From positions 28,577 to 92,576 of the forward strand of contig NIVC01003534.1 in assembly GCA_002269645.1 (NCBI GenBank): a stretch of 64,000 nt of DNA, read 5' to 3'. A program made the position numbers and the translations under genes. The notes under the pieces were generated by a model, which was given only the letters and a program-made list of their open reading frames with translations, was not told the DNA's origin and did no database searches. This document shows positions 12,986 to 62,720 of the stretch, in pieces. Each line of letters starts with the position of its first letter. The first letter of the stretch is position 1. Source of the DNA: Macrostomum lignano (taxonomy: Eukaryota).

Positions 12986-15409
12986 GACACAACCGTACAG
13001 TCGCCTAGATTTTCAGTAGTCTCTAAATGCCGTTTTGTCTGCAAAAAATGAGTCGATGTGGAGAAGATGTGAACGACGCGGAGATTTTTTTGAGTAAGTG
13101 GCAATCTGTAACAAGAAACGGAATAAAAAGTTTTGAACAAACTACATGTAGGTTTTGACCTAAGATACGGGTGTCAGCATCCCCTGTGAGCTTTGGCTCA
13201 AAGCATCACCTGAGCAACCCCCATAAGCCACCATTCTCACCATTCCAGCAATCCCAGCCATCAGAGGGAACCGCAGGTTTCCCTGACATCCCTGCGTTAT
13301 GAAAGAGACGCCGCACAACAAGTAGACAGGATGCACCCCCCGATGCGAGGGAAAATCAAAGGGCTCTGGGTAGACGGCAAGAATTACAGATCAGGCGCAG
13401 TTAGAGGATGACCGCTGCAGGTGGACAGAGAAAAAGTCCTCTCGAGTTCTCAACGGCCCCCTTCCCATCCTGTCCTGAGTAATGAGAGCCCTCGGAGATG
13501 TAATTGTCCCCAACTGCTGCCTCATTTTGTCCGCCCCTTCATTCGGAAATTGATGGGTTGGAGGTTTCGGGGTGACATCGGATGGAACAGCAGCTGAAAA
13601 GGTTGACGGACGGCAGCCGCGTGTGAAAGTCGCAGTTTTTCCGGCGACCTTGCTGGATTTGGGAGCTGCAGTGCAGGTGAGGTGCGACAAATTAATGATT
13701 AAATCTGCGGTCGATGCTGTAAATGCTGAGCATGATTTGTTACTAGAAACATTGTGTCCTCGCAGATGAAAATTTCTCTGAGATAAACACGATGCGGGAT
13801 TATGGAAATCCAAAAGTACGGTGAAAGGAACGCCTTCCAAAGCGCGCAGTGCCATGAACGCGCACTCTTGGTTAGAGCAAGAGCGTACTGGACGTGTTGC
13901 ATAACAAATGACAAGTGACAGGTCCATAATTCATCTATGGTCGTTCGATGCAAGGGCTTGTTGGTGCAATGCACGATAGTTTGAAAGGGGGTGTTCGTGA
14001 ATACTTTCTATATTTAGTTAACTTTCAACTAAAGCTTTACTCACTGCTTTCAGCCATTCACTTTTAACTTTGTTGAAAATGTTAGATCTGAAGTTGAAAG
14101 TTCAAAAATATTCGGCCATGCAATCATTTGTTATCTGACGCGCTTATAACAGTGCAAACAGTGTATACACTGGAAGCCAGTCCCAAGCTGCTGCAACATT
14201 GCCTACCATACTGTAATGCAAGCAGACCCCGTAGACAAAGACCTTGAGCACACAGGGATCTTTTATGCTCCAACGAGAGCCCAAAAGCAGAACTACCGAG
14301 AGGCTTGGAGGATTTGAGGAAGATTTGCGGTGTCAGTCAGAAATCGGCATGAAAATCCCGTGCAACCTCTCGAGTTTTGCCCGGGCCGTGCCCCCCTCAC
14401 CCACTTTTTTGCTGAAGTTTTTCTATATCTGCTCCAGACCAGCGGCCGCGGACGAATTGCTGCCTCGTTCAGCCACTTCTGCGCAAGTCCCGCATTCCCC
14501 CTCTGCCAGTGTTGAGTCGGACAGCCCCCCCCCCCCTGTGCAACTCAACAACAACAGCAGCGGCAGCACCAGCCAGACAGGCTGCGGGGCTCTCGTCTCC
14601 TCCCCCAACCCCCACCCCTCAAGATCATCGGCAGGGGGCGCTGAGGATCCCCCCGGGGTTCAAAACTGAGTGAGAAGTAGTGAGAAGAGAGAGAGTGTGT
14701 GATTGTGTGATGCGTGTAGCAGTGGGTTTGCCTCCCCAGAGCCGCAATTAGCAGTGGGGAGTGGAGAAACGAAGCCTGGGAAAACTCCGGCTCTGAACCC
14801 TAATCAGGGCGGAGGGTGAGGCGAGTAGAGAGAGAGCCAGCGTGAGCTGCTAACGATGTGCACCATGTGTTGCTTGCGACTCAGTTTATGTTGTGATTTG
14901 CTCCACTCCCCCTGTGTCTCTCGCCCTGCCTCAGGGCCAGGAAGTCGCGATGGCCGGCAAATCCTCGCGTCTCCCCCCCCCACAGATTTCTAGCTAGACA
15001 TGCTCGGCCCCTGCTCGGCACACCCCCTAATTGCCTCGCGATACCTTCGGGCTGAATTTTTGCCGCCTCGGCGTCTGCGCCGCGCGCGCTTATGTCCAAA
15101 GCCATGCGCAATTGGGCAAATGCGCGTACTAGCTGCAACCCAGGCAGCAATTATTGGCACAGAAAATTTTCTACTAACCAAAACCAAACTGTTTTTTTCT
15201 CTAATTCGGAACTCAAGCTCTCTTCATTATTTCCCAATAGGTTCGATAAACTTTTTATGCGGCATCGGACCCGCAGGGCTCGATTCTAACAGTGTCTCTT
15301 CATCCTTAATTGATTGCTTGTTTAACTTGTTCGTCTGTTAAGCATTTACATTGCCCCAAGCATGCTCTGTGGGTGTCTAAGTGAGGAGAGAAAGACGGCA
15401 AACCACGGA

Positions 15410-15735
15410 AATGAAGGGGTGCAATCAGGGAATGAAGGGGTGCAATCAGGGAATGAAGGGTGCAATCAGGGAATGAAGGGGTGCAATCAGGGAATGAAGG
15501 GGTGCAATCAGGGAATGAAGGGTGCAATCAGGGAATGAAGGGGTGCAATCAGGGAATGAAAGGGTGCAATCAGGGAATGAAGGGGTGCAACCAAGGAATG
15601 AAGGGGTGCAATCAGGGAATGAAGGGGTGCAACCAAGGAATGAAGGGGTGCAATCAGGAAATGAAGGGGTGCAACCAAGGAATGAAGGGGTGCAACAAAG
15701 GAATAAAGGGATGCGTGCAATCAGGGAATGAAGTG
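15410..15735. repeat. 20/21-bp minisatellite GCAATCAGGGAATGAAGGG(G)T
   Basis: Direct reading. Confidence 0.9.
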
Positions 15736-16499
15736 GTGAACGACCTGTGTGACTCCCAGACCTGTGTGATCCCGCAGACCTGCGTGGTATAGCTGCAGGG
15801 TGGTCTGCGACACAGCGGGAGGCAGCTAGGGGTCGCCCATTCCGCTAACGTACATGCATGTACCCCTATGTGGCATACTAAAAGCCAATTCTGGTGACGC
15901 CCTATGAAATCAACTTGAAACCCTTGCATGAATAAATCTGCCACGGATATGCATTATATATGCGGACCGCAGAAACTGCAGTTGATTATTTTCGAATCTC
16001 ACTGTTCTCTGTAAAGCGGAAATATGCAGCACGAGATTGAAGCAGCTGATTCCAATTGCACGCTGCTGCCTGTAGTCCATGCATAGAAAATCTTGTTTCC
16101 AACATGCTCGCGCTTTTCCACAATTCAATCAGTTTGTCTGCTCTTGTCTCCCGCTTTGCAAAACAACTCTTAGGCTTTTCGTGCATCTTTCGAGCGTACA
16201 TCCACAGAGTGTTAATAATAATATGAATCAGTCAACAAAGGTATCGAGGCGTTTGCGAGAGATGAGATGTTAGCAGTTAGGTTAGGTTTCTTTAGTGCGA
16301 TTTTCCTTGGAAAAGAATGATCAAATATTTTGCTGAATGGAAAAGGTGGCTACTTCTGCAGAGACGACATGCAACGCATGATGCTAATCATAAGAGGGAA
16401 GTTTCAGTAAGTACTACAATGAATGATAAGGAGGCTGTGACCAAGGCCGTGTTTGTTGCAATTAAAAGTATATACTGCAGTGGTCGAAATTTTTTCCAT

Positions 16500-18760
16500 T
16501 TAATTGCAATTCCCGCTGTAATTTTTTCCGGTTATTTCGCATATAAAAGTCAAGGAAATGAAACTTTTTTAAATAAACGTGAAGTGAATTTTTGTTTTGG
16601 GAGATAATTTTCCGTTGATGATTAGATTATCTCTTTAGTGAAGCCAAAAACAAGCATGTACTAATTAGACAGTAAAAAATTGAGATTTTTGAGTTGGAGA
16701 CAAAAGTGATGATGACATTATTGTCCTTATTCACACAGCATGAATGGTCCAAAGAAGTCAACGGTTTTAAAAGCTGGAGATACATCTCAGTTAAACAAAA
16801 TAGTTCTTTGTTGAATGACAAAATAACATGCAGGTTATTTTAGAACTTTGTTAGTTTTGGAATAAAACTTTTGAAACTAGAGTATTTTAAAATCTAAATT
16901 GTTTTAAAAACCGTGATAATTAATACGTTTTTGCTTTTTCTAAGACACTGGTACTGTATGGTGGATTGCAGTAAAGATGCATGGCCACGTAAAGGCATTA
17001 TCGTGCCCACTCATTTTTTTCGATGAATACACTCTAGAAACTGATACGGATACTGATACACTATAGAAAAAATATTTAAGCAATAATCATTCACCAATTC
17101 CAATTATTTCTTATTTAGTTATGTTTATAATAACTGTTTTATCGTTCACATAACATAAGCCAAGTTTAGAAGTTTGAGCGCTTGTGCTGTTTCTTTTCCC
17201 TCTATTTTCCTAGCCAAGTTTCCTCAGTTTTTTAGACATATATTTAGTTATATTTTTTGTGCACAAGATGTTTTAAAAGCGCCTTGTAAAGGAAACTGGA
17301 AGACAATTATATTATATATTGAATGAAAGATTGAAAGGAAATTATAAAACAATTTAGCTAATTTTGCTCAAATTTTCTACCCATTCTTTCTGCTTTAAGT
17401 TTAATTTTAGTTAGTCAATTTCATTTTAGTATATAGGATTGTAAAAAAATTTTAAAAATCTTATACAAATATCAAAAGCATGCTAAATATTAAAAATAAA
17501 GTAACTAGTATATAGTCTGCTTCTGTTCAGTATGTGAAAACTTTAGGCTTATGCATTATGAAATCAGTTGTAATTAATATATCCATACATTTTTCCTATT
17601 GTTGCAACTATGCTTGTTTAGCTTGTAGGTATAGAAAATTACACCAGTTTTGTAGCTTACAATTGGAATATTAAGATGAACAAATGTATTAAAAAAAATA
17701 AATCCAAGTATACTAAATCTAAGGTTTACATGTTTGTCCATAACGCTCTAGAGATTGCGATTCTTGACCTATTGTGATCACGTTTTCGCCAAATAATAAA
17801 CTAAATTTGGCTAGTTGATCTTACTTTTTATTAGAAATTTAATCCCTTTAGCATTTAGCAATTTCTTAGCCATGTTGCATGTACCATCACGGAATTTTTT
17901 TTGATTGAACAGTGCAAGTTTGAAGAAAATTGGTTGAGCTGTTTTTTTTTAAAATTGATCGCATACCAATAGATAGATACCAACAGACCATTTTTAGTAT
18001 ATGGAAATGTAATATTAAAGGGCTAAATTTTTTATGAACATTGAATTTAAGAAAAATAAAGTAAAAGAAATTTCTAAGTAATAAAATAAAATTATAAAAT
18101 GGCCTAATTTCCTATTACTAGTTATTATATCTTTGTCTTTGCTAAAATTGATAGATATTTCATTTTTAGTGATAGTTTGTTTGAATTTTTTGTATTTCTA
18201 CAAATTTATTAGGCTATTTATTTTTATAAAAATATTTATAAAAAGAAAAAAGTTATATTTAAAAAATTATCTTCAAAACTTTAGCTTTTTCTTAAAATCT
18301 AAAAAGCATTCATAAGGAGCAAATCAACCAAGGTTCAAAAATGTGCATTTTTTAAATATAGCAATAGCTAATGCTGCAAATAGTTATTCAAAATTATGAT
18401 ATGAATAAGGACAATAATTCAATATAATTTGTGGCTAATCACATTCATAATGCCAATTGAATATAGCATCATATACCTTTTTTAAGAGATTAAAGAAATG
18501 CAACTAAAGTGAGTTCAATTTGATATGATTTTGCATCAACTCTTGTCCTTTAATTTTTTTCTGTATCTGTATTGACAATTATATTCTTATTACACTTGAA
18601 ATTAATGAGAATGCCATTTCTAAGTTGAAAATTGCCATGTGGCATCTTAGCTTTTTGTTGAGAGCCTTTATCCCTGCCTCCCTTCCCTGTCAGAGCTCAA
18701 ATAAATTAGAGCAGTTATCATTAAAATAGCTTTAGATATTTAAAAACATTGGCCAAGCCT
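16500..18760. other. Strongly AT-rich island of unknown origin
   Basis: Visible compositional shift to A/T runs; no long ORF or recognisable terminal repeats. Confidence 0.6.
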
Positions 18761-19014
18761 AGCTTTCAGTGTGCACTGCTCGATTCAAATTAATTTGTCT
18801 AACAGAAACTGTGACAGTTTCTTGAATTAAATATTCTCTTCCATTTTTTGCTACTTTACTATTAAGTAGGGCGATTCTATGTTGCCTTCTCTACTCTCAC
18901 TGTGTCTACGTGTGCTTCTATAACGAATATGCGCTACTAAAATAGCAAATATTATCAGCATTGACCTGTTTGCAATCTCAAGTCTACCCCTTCTGCGCAC
19001 ATATTGACTGCCAG

Positions 19015-19253
19015 GTAAGAGAGGGAGGGCACAGTGAGATCCTTTATCAGCTGTAGGGCGTGCTTGACCCCTCCTCTCCTCTCTCTTCGCTCGTCCCTGC
19101 AGCCCTGGGTTGCATTTAATGTTAAGCGAATGCTCAGTGAGTCACAGAGATCAACAAGCCGGTTTTTTGTGACTGTTTCTAAATAACTCCCGGTTTTTTT
19201 TCGCGAATTTGCTTCTTCTGAATCAATCAGTCAAAATTCCATTATTTTTGCAG
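19015..19253 (+). other. Putative 5'-UTR intron of LYST
   Basis: Strong donor CAG|GTAAGA at 19015 and acceptor attatttttgcag| ending 19253, 167 nt before the ATG. The acceptor could instead be a trans-splice site. Confidence 0.45.
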
Positions 19254-19420
19254 AGAATCTAAACCAGCCACTGTATAAATATTTGAAGTTTGAAGCAAGT
19301 TTGAATCACGCTTAAAAACCTGTGAGCATAGCGGCCAAAGTGATGCCGCAAGATTTCTGTCGCCAAAATTCAACTTAACGTTCCTTCCTGCGGCACTTAT
19401 AATAGCTGAGGGAATTCGGC

Positions 19421-58076
<38,656 letters not shown>

Positions 58077-58118
58077 GTGAGTTCTCCGACTTCCGGATTC
58101 AGGTTGCTGTTCGGGATT

Positions 58119-58560
58119 TGGTATTGGTGTCAGGAAACGGGTATTGGTGTCAGGGAACAGGTATTGGTGTCAGGGAACAGGTATTGGTTTCAGGGAACAG
58201 GTATAGGTGTCAGGGAACAGGTATTGGTGTCAGGGAACAGGTATAGGTGTCAGGGAACAGGTATTGGTGTCAGGGAACAGGTATTGGTGTCAGGAAACGG
58301 GTATTGGTGTCAGGGAACAGGTATTGGTGTCAGGGAACGGGTATTGGTGTCAGGGAACAGGTATTGCTGTCAGGGAACAGGTATTGGTGTCAGGAAACAG
58401 GTATTGGTGTCAGGGAACAGGTATTGGTGTCAGGGAACAGGTATTGCTGTCAGGGAACAGGTATTGGTGTCAGGAAACAGGTATTGCTGTCAGGGAACAG
58501 GTATTGGTGTCAGGGAACAGGTATTGTTTTCAGGGAACAGGTATTGGTGTCAGGGAACAG
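58119..58560. repeat. 20-bp minisatellite GGTATTGGTGTCAGGGAACA, intron 18
   Basis: Direct reading. Confidence 0.95.
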
Positions 58561-59586
58561 GCACTTCTCTCAAAGATCAAACCGTGTTGTCTTGGATCAG
58601 GTATTAAGGACTAGGGTGAGGTAGTGACATGAGGAACTAGTGGATGATAGGTGTGGGATACATGTATTAATATTTGTACTGGCAGCATCACTAACTAGAT
58701 GTGCGGCTTTCGCGGCGCGGCGGGCTTGCCAGAGTAGACAGACTGTTCCTCCAGAGTAGACTGGGGGGACTTTACGGTAGCATGAGTGCAGCTGGACACT
58801 GGGAATGATGAAGAATAACTTATAAATTGGATAGTGCAAATTAAGTAGCGAATTTCTAATAGAAGCATTAGGTTTGTCTCCGGGGGGAAAGGCAGGCCGT
58901 GAGGACCTTCGTCCACTTTTTGGTTCGGTGAATAAAACATGTTGCCAGCCCCGCTAATATTCGGCTTAATTATTCAGCTGTCCATAATCCAGAGCAAGCA
59001 GAGCACTGAGGACAATGCACCGCGCTGCTTGCCAGAGCGCGCTATCTTCATCCAGAATTCTATCCACTGTTGCTTCTTATTTTCTGCGATTTTTAAACCA
59101 GACTTCTCTCTGCGCCTCTTCAGTCCATGTCTGCTCAGCCTTCACCTCTCCTTCGACTCCGCAATGCCAGCTGATTCTGCGTGCCTCATCTTCGCTTCTC
59201 AGCCATCCCCCGACTGCCAAGTGATCGGGTGGATTCGGATTATCAGTTCCCGCTCGCATATTAATTAGTTTGTCACCTGACGCTTGGTGTCTTGATGATG
59301 GGCCCCGGGTTGGAGAAAATTTATTGATTGATATCGTCTTTTCCTCTCTTTATCTTGTAAGTGAAGTTCCGTCCTGTCTCACCGGAGCTCAAGCAGATGT
59401 GAAACATTAATAACAGGCTTGTAGTGTCGCGGTATTCAGCTGACAGTGTATTTATTAACTATAAACTATATTTAAAATAAAGCAGATTGGTTCAACATGC
59501 GTTAATCTATGAACCTACTTGGTTTATCGAAGGATTTAATTAAACAAATATTATCAGTGTCAAGTTTGACGCATTCGAGTGCGCCA

Positions 59587-61215
59587 TCAGTTCCCCAGAC
59601 AGGCCAACCCCCGTCTGCACCTCAGTCTCAATGAGTTGAGCATTCCGCACACCTGCTGTTTGAAAAACCTGTTCATACAGCCGTAGATGACCGGGTTCAC
59701 TCCGTGGTTGATGAAGTAGAAATAGTACACTGTCTGCATGAACAGCCCGCCCAGGCCCACGTGGCTGCCCTCGTCGCTGCTGCTCCCTCCTTCTGACCCG
59801 CTGGAGCCGCTGCTGTACAGCCTCCGCCACCAGCTGCTGTTCTGCTGCTGGCTGTAGTTGCCTCCGGATGCCGCCGCCGAGCTCCAGTTGCCGAAGCTTG
59901 CCGCGGCAGCTTGGTACGACTGCCAGTCGCTTAAGTTGATGCCTCCAGTCGTCGCGCCGCCCGACCTTCCGGCGCCGGCCTCTTGCAGGTGGAACACCAG
60001 AAAGAAGGGCAAATAAGAGAGCAGATAAAAGAAAGTGATGATGCTCAACACCTTGGCTGTTTTTATGTGCGGCCGCTTCCTAGTCCGCTCTGACAGGTGC
60101 TTCTGCGCCTGCGCCAGGCGGTTGCTCACCACCGAGTCTTCGCGACGCTGGCTGCCGACCAGCATTCGGCGCTGCTCGGGCGCCTCTTCGTCAGCTTCTT
60201 CTTCACGTCTCGGCTCGGCCTCCTGGCTGTTACCGTCATCATCGGCCACGCTGATTTCCTTGTTGGCAAACTTCACCGCACAGCTTGAGGCGGCGGCTTC
60301 TTGCCCGCCCAGTGCCTGGTCGATGTCCGTCTCTAGGATGCCGTTGTTCTGCCTGTCCGGCTGGCAGTCGTTGATTCTGTTGATGCCGTCGGCATTGGTA
60401 TTGTTGGCTATTGAGCTGCGGCCAGCCTTGCCCTTGTCCTTGCCCTTGTCCTTGGCGTTGGAGACGCGGCTGACGTAGCTTCGCGATTTGTCCCAGCGAC
60501 GCTGCCGCTTGCGCACGAAGTAGAAAATATTGGCGTAGAAAAACATAATAGCCAGCAGCATGCACAGGAACAGCAGTGTCAAGCAGGCCTTGTACACCCT
60601 GACGGTGATCATTGGCAGGATGCTGTAGTCGGCGATGCAGTGAGCCATGGTGACCGGCCGGCTGAGGACTCGGCCGGGCAGTTTCACAATCACTGTCCGC
60701 CTGGTGCCAGTCGTCAATCCAAGCGGGGTGCCCACGGCGAAGCCCAGCAGCAGGGTGAGGCCGATGAGTCGCACGGCCTGTCGCCGGCCGGTCTGAATGC
60801 CGGGCACGAAGCAGATGATGGCGAAGCGGTCCACCGCGATCAGGCAGAGCAGGAAGGCGGATGACGTCACCAGAGAGCAGCGGAGAATGTGAAAGATTTT
60901 GCACATGAAGTCGGTGGTGGCGGCCCGCCAGACGTCCTGATAGATGGTTGACGGAATGACAACAGAACAGACGGTCAGGTCCAGCGTGGCCAGCGCGATC
61001 ACGTACACATTCTGGGGCAGCTCGCGAAGTCCCCTATGAAAGAAGAAGACAACAAGGATGTTGCCAATCAGGCCGATCAGGGCCAGAGTGCCCAGTGACA
61101 GTGTGATGGCTACCGACATGGCCAGGGGCAGCTCGCCGCCCTGCTGGGTGGCCTGCATCATCTGGCTTAGTTGGGAGTCCCGGATACTGCTGTTGCTGCT
61201 CATAGTGAACTTCAT
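59587..61215 (-). CDS. Class A (rhodopsin-like) GPCR with an intronless coding region, orphan
   Basis: Seven hydrophobic segments with TM1 GN, TM2 LATLD, TM3 CKIF..DRF, an ECL2 Cys, TM6 KTAKVL..SYLP and TM7 FINHGVNPVIY. Likely ATG at 61215 (MKFT, 542 aa) or 61203. The longer track start at 61401 runs into a dispersed repeat. A minus-strand acceptor (ttccacag|) near 61257 suggests an upstream exon. Confidence 0.92.
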   Translation of the reverse strand: MKFTMSSNSSIRDSQLSQMMQATQQGGELPLAMSVAITLSLGTLALIGLIGNILVVFFFHRGLRELPQNVYVIALATLDLTVCSVVIPSTIYQDVWRAATTDFMCKIFHILRCSLVTSSAFLLCLIAVDRFAIICFVPGIQTGRRQAVRLIGLTLLLGFAVGTPLGLTTGTRRTVIVKLPGRVLSRPVTMAHCIADYSILPMITVRVYKACLTLLFLCMLLAIMFFYANIFYFVRKRQRRWDKSRSYVSRVSNAKDKGKDKGKAGRSSIANNTNADGINRINDCQPDRQNNGILETDIDQALGGQEAAASSCAVKFANKEISVADDDGNSQEAEPRREEEADEEAPEQRRMLVGSQRREDSVVSNRLAQAQKHLSERTRKRPHIKTAKVLSIITFFYLLSYLPFFLVFHLQEAGAGRSGGATTGGINLSDWQSYQAAAASFGNWSSAAASGGNYSQQQNSSWWRRLYSSGSSGSEGGSSSDEGSHVGLGGLFMQTVYYFYFINHGVNPVIYGCMNRFFKQQVCGMLNSLRLRCRRGLACLGN

Positions 61216-61334
61216 TTCTGCTGTGTTGCTTCTGCTGCTGTTTGTTGGCTTTTCTTCTGTGGAAGGTTTTGGCAAAAGAGAAATCTGTATGTAGAGATTG
61301 TAGATATGTATATGGAGTAGAGATTCTGCCCATT

Positions 61335-61530
61335 CCTCTGACTCGAGCACATGCAAGCGCGCCAACACAGTACACAGGCACGCAATGGTACACACGCTCA
61401 CACAGGGTGTACAGCGGTCCTGACTGTGTAATCGTCAGGCATGTGCCTTGAAGGCTGACCCTCATGGCTGTGAATCGCACGACAACCCCCCACCTGTCAA
61501 TTTTTGAGCTCACGAGCCCCAAAACGGAAT
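61335..61530 (-). mobile_element. Dispersed repeat family, long copy
   Basis: Matches 38600-38785 and 12915-12985. Confidence 0.8.
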
Positions 61531-62412
61531 CGAACTTGGGGTCGCGCGCGAGTCAGACTTGTTTAACGTTGAGCTGCTCTGGCCCCATGGGGTGATAGAG
61601 ACTTGCATGGTTGTTTAAATTGAGTGCAGCATGGACTTTAAGTCTTCAGTCGGTAAAGCTGACATTGCTATTCTACACAAGTGCATTGTATCAAAGCATT
61701 TCTGCGCTTCTCTCCTATCCACAAAGCGTCAGTCGGCGGCCCCTCTAACACCGAGGGAGCAATTTCACTCTGCCAGTTCATATGTTGAGAGGACTTTGAG
61801 AGGTTCTTTCAGCTGTTCGCGTTGACTTAAAACGGAAGCAAAACAGTTGCTTCAAGCTGCGTACGTGTTCCCTGCAACAATGATTTCTGCGAGGTTTAGC
61901 AGCGTACGCAGGCGGGAAACAGATCCGTGGGAAGTGTTTCAGCCGCGGGCGCGTGAATGTCAAGCTTATCCGGGTGTATCGTGTTGCACGGTTAGCCTAT
62001 AAGTTTGGCCTTGCTGCGGAGTCTGAGCGGGAAGCTGAGAACAAATTTCCCGCTTGCAAGAAATGTAAAACGGTTGCTAAGGCCCGCGTTTCTCGCAATC
62101 CCAGGGCTTGTCCCAATTTTCTGACTGGTTAAAGAATTATTTATTGTCAGTTCTCAACTTACATTTTGCTTTGCCAGGCAGATGCGAAATGCAAACTGAA
62201 ATCCTTGCGCCTTCCACTGTCGGATGGGTTGCTTCTGGATGGAAAGCGCCGGGGGTGGTTATTTTATCCTAAAAAAAATCCTGCGGGCTCGCAGTGGGAA
62301 GAAAAGGGAGGAGAAGGGAAGTGGAAATCGACCTCTCCAGTCCGGCTATTGGCCAGGACAAAATTCTGCACTGGCCTGTTTGGACTGCGGAGGCGGAGTT
62401 GACTGAGAAGTG

Positions 62413-62416
<4 letters not shown>

Positions 62417-62475
<59 letters not shown>

Positions 62476-62482
62476 TCTCTCT
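62417..62482. repeat. (CT)n microsatellite
   Basis: Direct reading. Confidence 0.93.
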
Positions 62483-62609
62483 CGTAATATTTGTGCAGCG
62501 GTTAGACTTGTTGATCAATGTAGCGATGCTAATGCGGAGATGATAGAGATAGCCATCACAGAGATAAATATTGTTATAAAAATTATGGCATGCGGCCAGC
62601 TGACCCGCA

Positions 62610-62720
62610 GCCAGTGAGTCGAGCACGCGTGCTCATACAGGGTGTACATGGGCCCTGACTTCCTCATCATTAGTAGGAATGTACACACCCCGTGCCTTAG
62701 GCTAGAGCTGCACAAGCCCC
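62610..62720 (-). mobile_element. Diverged dispersed repeat family copy
   Basis: Reverse complement aaggcacggggtgtgtacattcc..agtcagggcccatgtacaccctgtatgagc resembles 38651-38715. Confidence 0.55.

Noticed and set aside
59077-59259. Homeobox helix-3-like EVWFKNRRK at the end of a 60-aa minus-strand ORF
   Set aside because: No helix 1/2 pattern upstream, an immediate stop after RRK, and no suitable splice acceptor. The preceding SW..VEGEVKA..TW.E.AQ looks at least as much like a decayed RTE-LINE C-terminus, which is also unproven.
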